Source of the DNA: a virus | Taxonomy: Duplodnaviria > Heunggongvirae > Uroviricota > Caudoviricetes | Length of the DNA: 22,141 nt | Strand: one strand, 5' to 3' | IMG/VR virus record: IMGVR_UViG_2675903433_000026 | Location: 1-22,141 of that record | Shown: piece after piece, positions 17,064-22,141 of the stretch | Layout: the number at the start of each line of letters is the position of its first letter | How positions within the stretch are numbered: the first letter of the stretch is position 1 | Program-made: the position numbers and the translations under genes | The notes under the pieces: model-generated | Seen by the model: only the letters and a program-made list of their open reading frames with translations | Database searches by the model: none | What the model was told of the DNA's origin: nothing

Positions 17064-18770
17064 TTGAGTAACTTACGCGAATACCAGAATCGTATTGCAG
17101 ATATCGCAAAACGCTCTAAAGCTGTGCTTGGCTGGGCAAGCACTGCGCAGTTCGGTACTGATAACCAATTCATTAAAGATGATGCCGCGCGTGCCGCATC
17201 TATCCTTGAAGCTGCACGTAAAGACCCGGTTTTTGCGGGTATCTCTGATAATGCCACCGCTCAAATCGCTACAGCGTGGGCAAGTGCACTGGCTGACTAC
17301 GCCGCAGCACATAAATCTATGCCGCGTCCGGAAATTCTGGCCTCCTGCCACCAGACGCTGGAAAACTGCCTGATTGAGTCCACCCGCAATAGCATGGATG
17401 CCACTAATAAAGCGATGCTGGAATCCGTCGCAGCAGAGATGATGAGCGTTTCTGACGGTGTTATGCGTCTGCCTTTATTCCTCGCGATGATCCTGCCTGT
17501 TCAGTTGGGGGCAGCTACCGCTGATGCGTGTACCTTCATTCCGGTTACGCGTGACCAGTCCGACATCTATGAAGTCTTTAACGTGGCAGGTTCCTCTTTT
17601 GGTTCTTATGCTGCTGGTGATGTTCTGGACATGCAATCCGTTGGTGTGTACAGCCAGTTACGTCGCCGCTATGTGCTGGTGGCAAGCTCCGATGGCACCA
17701 GCAAAACCGCAACCTTCAAGATGGAAGACTTCGAAGGCCAGAATGTACCAATCCGAAAAGGTCGCACTAACATCTACGTTAACCGTATTAAGTCTGTTGT
17801 TGATAACGGTTCCGGCAGCCTACTTCACTCGTTTACTAATGCTGCTGGTGAGCAAATCACTGTTACCTGCTCTCTGAACTACAACATTGGTCAGATTGCC
17901 CTGTCGTTCTCCAAAGCGCCGGATAAAGGCACTGAGATCGCAATTGAGACGGAAATCAATATTGAAGCCGCACCTGAGCTGATCCCGCTGATCAACCACG
18001 AAATGAAGAAATACACCCTGTTCCCAAGTCAGTTCGTTATCGCGGCTGAGCACACGGTACAGGCGGCGTATGAAGCACAGCGTGAATTTGGTCTGGACCT
18101 GGGTTCCCTACAGTTCCGCACCCTGAAGGAATACCTGTCTCATGAACAGGATATGCTGCGTCTTCGCATCATGATCTGGCGTACTCTTGCGACCGACACC
18201 TTTGACATCGCTCTGCCGGTTAACCAGTCCTTTAATGTATGGGCAACCATCATTCGTGGCAAATTCCAGACTGTATATCGCGACATTATTGAGCGCGTTA
18301 AATCTTCTGGTGCGATGGGGATGTTTGCTGGTGCTGATGCAGCATCTTTCTTCAAACAGTTGCCGAAGGATTTCTTCCAGCCAGCCGAAGACTATATCCA
18401 GACTCCGTATGTTCACTACATCGGTACCCTGTTCGGTAACGTGAAAGTGTACGAAGTACCTGCTGGTATTTGTAAGAACTTAACGACAGAGAACATTCAG
18501 TTCAGCTCGATGGATGTGCTGTGCTACGTCCGTGATGAAAATCCGGGTAAAGCAGGCTTCGTGACTGGTGATGCTGTCCCGGCTATCCCGTTCCAGCATC
18601 CGACCACTCCGGCGCTGGTCAACCGTACCACACTGTGGGGTTCGGCTATCAACGATATGCACCCACGCAACGGCGCTGATTACTTCACTCGTGTAACGCT
18701 GACAATGGCCAAAAAAGGCGGGCTTAACTTCATAAGCGGCGACACGATTGATGCCGGTGACTCTGAGTAA
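17064..18770 (+). CDS. Probable virion structural protein, possibly a major head protein with an N-terminal helical delta/scaffold-like domain (TTG start)
   Basis: AAGGAAG Shine-Dalgarno then TTG at 17064; about 130 N-terminal residues are Ala-rich and helical, followed by a large beta-rich body. Assignment is by architecture, not homology search. Confidence 0.4.
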   Translation: MSNLREYQNRIADIAKRSKAVLGWASTAQFGTDNQFIKDDAARAASILEAARKDPVFAGISDNATAQIATAWASALADYAAAHKSMPRPEILASCHQTLENCLIESTRNSMDATNKAMLESVAAEMMSVSDGVMRLPLFLAMILPVQLGAATADACTFIPVTRDQSDIYEVFNVAGSSFGSYAAGDVLDMQSVGVYSQLRRRYVLVASSDGTSKTATFKMEDFEGQNVPIRKGRTNIYVNRIKSVVDNGSGSLLHSFTNAAGEQITVTCSLNYNIGQIALSFSKAPDKGTEIAIETEINIEAAPELIPLINHEMKKYTLFPSQFVIAAEHTVQAAYEAQREFGLDLGSLQFRTLKEYLSHEQDMLRLRIMIWRTLATDTFDIALPVNQSFNVWATIIRGKFQTVYRDIIERVKSSGAMGMFAGADAASFFKQLPKDFFQPAEDYIQTPYVHYIGTLFGNVKVYEVPAGICKNLTTENIQFSSMDVLCYVRDENPGKAGFVTGDAVPAIPFQHPTTPALVNRTTLWGSAINDMHPRNGADYFTRVTLTMAKKGGLNFISGDTIDAGDSE

Positions 18771-18830
18771 TCAGGGGAAGTTCTCCGTTTAACATAGCGC
18801 CCCCGTGCGGGGCGCATAACAGGGAAAGTT

Positions 18831-20420
18831 ATGTCTCAATATTCAATTCAACAGTCATTAGGTAATGCATCCGGCGTCGCGGTTAGCCCGATCAATGCCG
18901 ATGCGACGTTATCTACCGGTGTTGCATTAAATAGCAGCTTGTGGGCTGGTATTGGCGTATTTGCGCGTGGCAAGCCGTTTACTGTTCTTGCGGTTACTGA
19001 GTCCAATTACAAAGATGTTCTCGGCGAACCGCTGAAGCCGTCTTCCGGCTCACAGTTCGAACCAATTCGCCATGTATACGAAGCTATTCAGCAAACGTCA
19101 GGTTATGTTGTTCGTGCTGTTCCGGATGATGCGAAGTTCCCGATTATTATGTTCGATGAATCAGGCGAACCGGCTTACAGTGCGTTGCCATACGGTTCTG
19201 AAATTGAACTTGATAGTGGCGAAGCCTTTGCTATCTACGTTGATGATGGTGATCCGTGTATTTCACCTACCCGTGAGTTAACCATCGAAACGGCAACAGC
19301 GGACAGCGCGGGTAATGAACGCTTCCTCTTAAAACTGACCCAGACGACTTCGCTCGGCGTGGTAACGACCCTGGAGACACACACTGTGTCTTTGGCGGAA
19401 GAAGCGAAAGATGACATGGGCCGCTTGTGTTATCTGCCTACGGCTCTGGAAGCCCGTTCTAAATATCTGCGCGCGGTTGTTAATGAAGAGCTGATTTCGA
19501 CGGCGAAAGTAACAAATAAAAAATCGCTGGCGTTCACTGGTGGTACCAACGGTGATCAGTCGAAAATCTCAACCGCTGCGTACCTGCGTGCGGTTAAGGT
19601 GCTGAACAATGCGCCGTACATGTACACCGCTGTTCTCGGCCTGGGTTGCTATGACAATGCGGCGATCACCGCGTTAGGTAATATCTGTTCTGATCGCCTG
19701 ATTGATGGCTTCTTTGATGTCAAACCGACATTGACGTATACGGAAGCGCTCTCTGCTGTTGAAGATACCGGTTTACTTGGTACCGATTATGTAAGCTGTG
19801 CTGTCTATCACTACCCGTTCTCCTGCAAAGACAAATGGACCCAATCCCGTGTGGTCTTTGGTCTGTCTGGCGTGGCGTATGCGGCGAAAGCTCGTGGCGT
19901 CAAGAAAAACTCTGATGTCGGCGGTTGGCATTACTCACCGGCTGGTGAAGAACGTGCCGTCATTGCTCGTGCGTCAATTCAACCGCTGTATCCGGAAGAT
20001 ACCCCGGACGAAGAAGCAATGGTCAAGGGCCGTCTCAATAAAGTATCTGTTGGCACCTCTGGCCAGATGATCATCGACGATGCTTTAACTTGCTGCACGC
20101 AGGATAACTATCTGCACTTCCAGCACGTCCCATCCCTGATGAATGCAATCAGCCGTTTCTTTGTCCAGTTAGCCCGACAGATGAAGCATAGCCCGGACGG
20201 TATTACTGCGGCTGGCCTGACTAAAGGGATGACCAAACTTTTAGATCGCTTTGTCGCCTCCGGCGCTCTGGTGGCTCCTCGTGATCCTGATGCTGACGGT
20301 ACAGAACCGTATGTGCTGAAAGTTACGCAGGCGGAATTCGATAAATGGGAAGTAGTCTGGGCCTGCTGCCCGACTGGCGTAGCCCGTCGTATCCAGGGCG
20401 TACCGCTGCTTATTAAGTAA
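18831..20420 (+). CDS. Hypothetical phage protein (529 aa), probably structural or late
   Basis: AGGGAAAG Shine-Dalgarno; same strand and tight spacing with neighbours; no motif I can name with confidence. Confidence 0.5.
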   Translation: MSQYSIQQSLGNASGVAVSPINADATLSTGVALNSSLWAGIGVFARGKPFTVLAVTESNYKDVLGEPLKPSSGSQFEPIRHVYEAIQQTSGYVVRAVPDDAKFPIIMFDESGEPAYSALPYGSEIELDSGEAFAIYVDDGDPCISPTRELTIETATADSAGNERFLLKLTQTTSLGVVTTLETHTVSLAEEAKDDMGRLCYLPTALEARSKYLRAVVNEELISTAKVTNKKSLAFTGGTNGDQSKISTAAYLRAVKVLNNAPYMYTAVLGLGCYDNAAITALGNICSDRLIDGFFDVKPTLTYTEALSAVEDTGLLGTDYVSCAVYHYPFSCKDKWTQSRVVFGLSGVAYAAKARGVKKNSDVGGWHYSPAGEERAVIARASIQPLYPEDTPDEEAMVKGRLNKVSVGTSGQMIIDDALTCCTQDNYLHFQHVPSLMNAISRFFVQLARQMKHSPDGITAAGLTKGMTKLLDRFVASGALVAPRDPDADGTEPYVLKVTQAEFDKWEVVWACCPTGVARRIQGVPLLIK

Positions 20421-20429
20421 GGGAATACA

Positions 20430-21245
20430 ATGAGCAAAAACTTTTTTCAATCCGGGGCATTTTTGGGGAATGGACTGTCTCGTTTCGCTTTGAACTCTGA
20501 TCCTGTGCAGCTGATGGAGTCTGCCCGAGCAAGCGCCGAACAGCCAACAGATCCGGTTATTAATAATAATCCGGAACCGGCGGCACAGACTAACGATAAC
20601 GTTCCATCTGCCCCGGCTCCTGAGCAAATCCTGGAAGGGAAAGACGGTAAAGAATGGACCGTCGAACAGGCGCACCAGATGATTCTGGAAGCTGCAAATA
20701 GAAGTGCTATGCAGAATGCGTTGAGTGATGCGGCCGACGCCGTTTTCGCCTGGGCTGATAGCGGTGATCTGACTTTCGACTCCCTTGATGGTTTCGTTCA
20801 GGCTATCGCTGGTATCTCTGATGACGACGACTCCGAAGTTACAGAAGAACAGGACGATGCCTATAACGAAGCATGGGCAAATGTTGCTGACTTCCTCGCA
20901 GCATGCGGTGTAGATGATGACCTGATCGAAGCACTGGCTGACGATGAAGACGACGACGCAGCTGCTGATGTTGGTGCCTCTATCGCTGGTTTAGATAGCG
21001 ACGACCGTGACGAACTGGAAGCGGCGTTTGTTGTTGCTGGCACTTCTGATGAAATGCTGACTGAAGCATTTAAGAAGGTTGTTCGTAACGGTGAGATCAA
21101 ACTCATCCGTAAACGCCTGCGTAAAAAACATCTGACTGCGGCTCAAAAATCGGCGCTGAAAAAAGCGCGTCGAAAAGCCCAGACGGGTGCGGCAAAACTT
21201 GCCCGCAAAAAGTCAATGAAACTGCGCCGTAAGCGCCTTGGCTAA
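20430..21245 (+). CDS. Highly acidic protein with a strongly basic C-terminal tail (271 aa)
   Basis: Asp/Glu-rich central region (DDDDSEVTEEQDD, DDEDDDAAAD) followed by KLIRKRLRKKHLTAAQKSALKKARRKAQTGAAKLARKKSMKLRRKRLG; AAGGGAA Shine-Dalgarno; starts 10 nt after the previous stop. Confidence 0.55.
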   Translation: MSKNFFQSGAFLGNGLSRFALNSDPVQLMESARASAEQPTDPVINNNPEPAAQTNDNVPSAPAPEQILEGKDGKEWTVEQAHQMILEAANRSAMQNALSDAADAVFAWADSGDLTFDSLDGFVQAIAGISDDDDSEVTEEQDDAYNEAWANVADFLAACGVDDDLIEALADDEDDDAAADVGASIAGLDSDDRDELEAAFVVAGTSDEMLTEAFKKVVRNGEIKLIRKRLRKKHLTAAQKSALKKARRKAQTGAAKLARKKSMKLRRKRLG

Positions 21246-21280
21246 AGGAGGAGGCCGGGGAACTCCGGCCTTTAACTTGA

Positions 21281-21862
21281 ATGGCTCCTATAGCTTATGG
21301 GGTTTACAGCCAGGCTGACGGTGTATCGCCATATCTGAAAGTTACTTTAACGAACTCTCAGTACCAGGTTACCGGATATATCAGCCAGGGAGCGGCAATG
21401 AACATGGCCCAGAATTGGGAAGCGCCGTTTACCGGTATGTCCATGGGATCTGTTTCTGGTGCTCTGGGTGGTTTTGTGCAAGTAGGTACTGAAACAACGT
21501 CGGTTGCCCGTTGGAATAGCTTAATGGTTTGGGAAGGGGGGACTCCGCCGACGTTCACGCTGCCTGTAACTTTCATTGCTTTGAACAATCCATTCATTGA
21601 AGTTTCAGGCGCTATCGCCGCGTTGACAGCCATGATTAGCCCGGAACTAAAAGCGGCCAATGTTGGTGGTCGAATCCCGGAGCGCGTGACGCTAAACATT
21701 GGTCGCCGGATCAACATCACCGATGTCGCCATCCAGGACTTAAGTTTTGATCTCGATGCGCCAAGGGACAGTAATGGATATTTCCTGAAAAACACCGTCA
21801 ACCTCCAGTTGACCGGTTCTTCGATATATAACAGCTCCGATATTGTTCGGGCGTTCCAGTAA
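21281..21862 (+). CDS. Hypothetical phage protein (193 aa), possibly structural
   Basis: AGGAGG Shine-Dalgarno at 21246-21251 and a GGCCGG/CCGGCC hairpin upstream; Gly/Ser/Thr-rich, beta-type composition. Confidence 0.5.
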   Translation: MAPIAYGVYSQADGVSPYLKVTLTNSQYQVTGYISQGAAMNMAQNWEAPFTGMSMGSVSGALGGFVQVGTETTSVARWNSLMVWEGGTPPTFTLPVTFIALNNPFIEVSGAIAALTAMISPELKAANVGGRIPERVTLNIGRRINITDVAIQDLSFDLDAPRDSNGYFLKNTVNLQLTGSSIYNSSDIVRAFQ

Positions 21863-21873
21863 AAGGATTTTAT

Positions 21874-22020
21874 ATGGGGCACAATAACACTAAGGGAAAC
21901 CGTAAATTTATTAAGGGCCGCTATACTGCCAACGCGGCCAAAGGCGAACGACTGGTATCTTCTGAATTCCAGCTCACTGTTGCAGGCCATGAAGATATCA
22001 GCGTACTGGTTCATCGATAG
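21874..22020 (+). CDS. Small basic ORF (48 aa) below the ORF-track length cutoff
   Basis: AAGGA Shine-Dalgarno 7 nt before ATG; MGHNNTKGNRKFIKGRYTANAAKGERLVSSEFQLTVAGHEDISVLVHR. Confidence 0.3.
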   Translation: MGHNNTKGNRKFIKGRYTANAAKGERLVSSEFQLTVAGHEDISVLVHR

Positions 22021-22141
22021 GAATTTAAATCCCAAAAAGATTAAAAAAACACCCCAAAACGGATGTTTATTCAACACTGCCTGCGTGCCATGAGTGCACC
22101 GCCGTCAATTAAATGGATCTTATCGATTGATACTGCATATC

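Larger units (their letters stand above)
1..22141. mobile_element. Segment of a P1-like phage-plasmid (plasmid prophage): replication/partition module plus lysogeny-regulated and late genes
   Basis: Co-occurrence of a ParA/ParB/parS partition module, an iteron-type repA replicon with DnaA box and GATC cluster, a DnaB-like ban gene, a Dcm/Dam fusion methyltransferase, an RdgC homologue, phage tRNAs, and three copies of the P1 C1 operator consensus. Confidence 0.85.

Noticed and set aside
17030-17373. Minus-strand ORFs 17030-17257 and 17073-17351 and plus ORF 17095-17373
   Set aside because: They overlap the 5' end of the long plus-strand 575-aa gene in alternative frames, with no signals of their own.
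18799-18817. GC-rich hairpin (GCGCCCC-CGTGC-GGGGCGC) as an intrinsic terminator
   Set aside because: It is not followed by a U-tract and lies 14 nt before the next gene's ribosome-binding site. More likely an RNA-stability or processing element within a polycistronic late transcript; not called as a terminator.
21358-22077. 239-aa minus-strand ORF
   Set aside because: It is almost entirely antisense to the plus-strand 193-aa gene, which has a good Shine-Dalgarno and sits in a co-directional gene series. The minus ORF has no supporting start context and is likely a frame artefact.

Overview
This window reads as a contiguous segment of a P1-family temperate phage-plasmid (plasmid-prophage of Enterobacteriaceae), not a chromosomal locus. 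Left half, all on the minus strand: a GT-B glycosyltransferase-like gene in the dbn position, a DnaB-type replicative helicase (Ban-like), a tRNA with CAU anticodon, lipoprotein plp-like and membrane upl-like genes, a tRNA-Thr/Tyr/Asn cluster, a 1095-aa bifunctional C5-cytosine + N6-adenine DNA methyltransferase (Dmt-like), an RdgC homologue (hrdC-like) and a small upstream gene. Three copies of the 17-bp P1 C1-repressor operator consensus ATTGCTCTAATAAATTT mark the operon boundaries. Right half, plus strand: a small Cys/Gly-rich protein, a 262-aa protein with a Gly/Ser linker, an overlapping Rz/Rz1-type spanin pair, a small Cys/His-rich acidic protein, then the plasmid replicon (DnaA box, five GATC sites, five direct iterons, repA, a downstream bidirectional iteron array), a T5orf172-type ORF and an in-frame ORF separated by one TAG codon, parA-parB-parS, and four probable virion or late genes. 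The most notable observation is a 341-codon intein with a LAGLIDADG homing-endonuclease domain inserted exactly at the catalytic Pro-Cys motif of the methyltransferase. All calls rest on reading the sequence plus recalled family knowledge; no database search was run.
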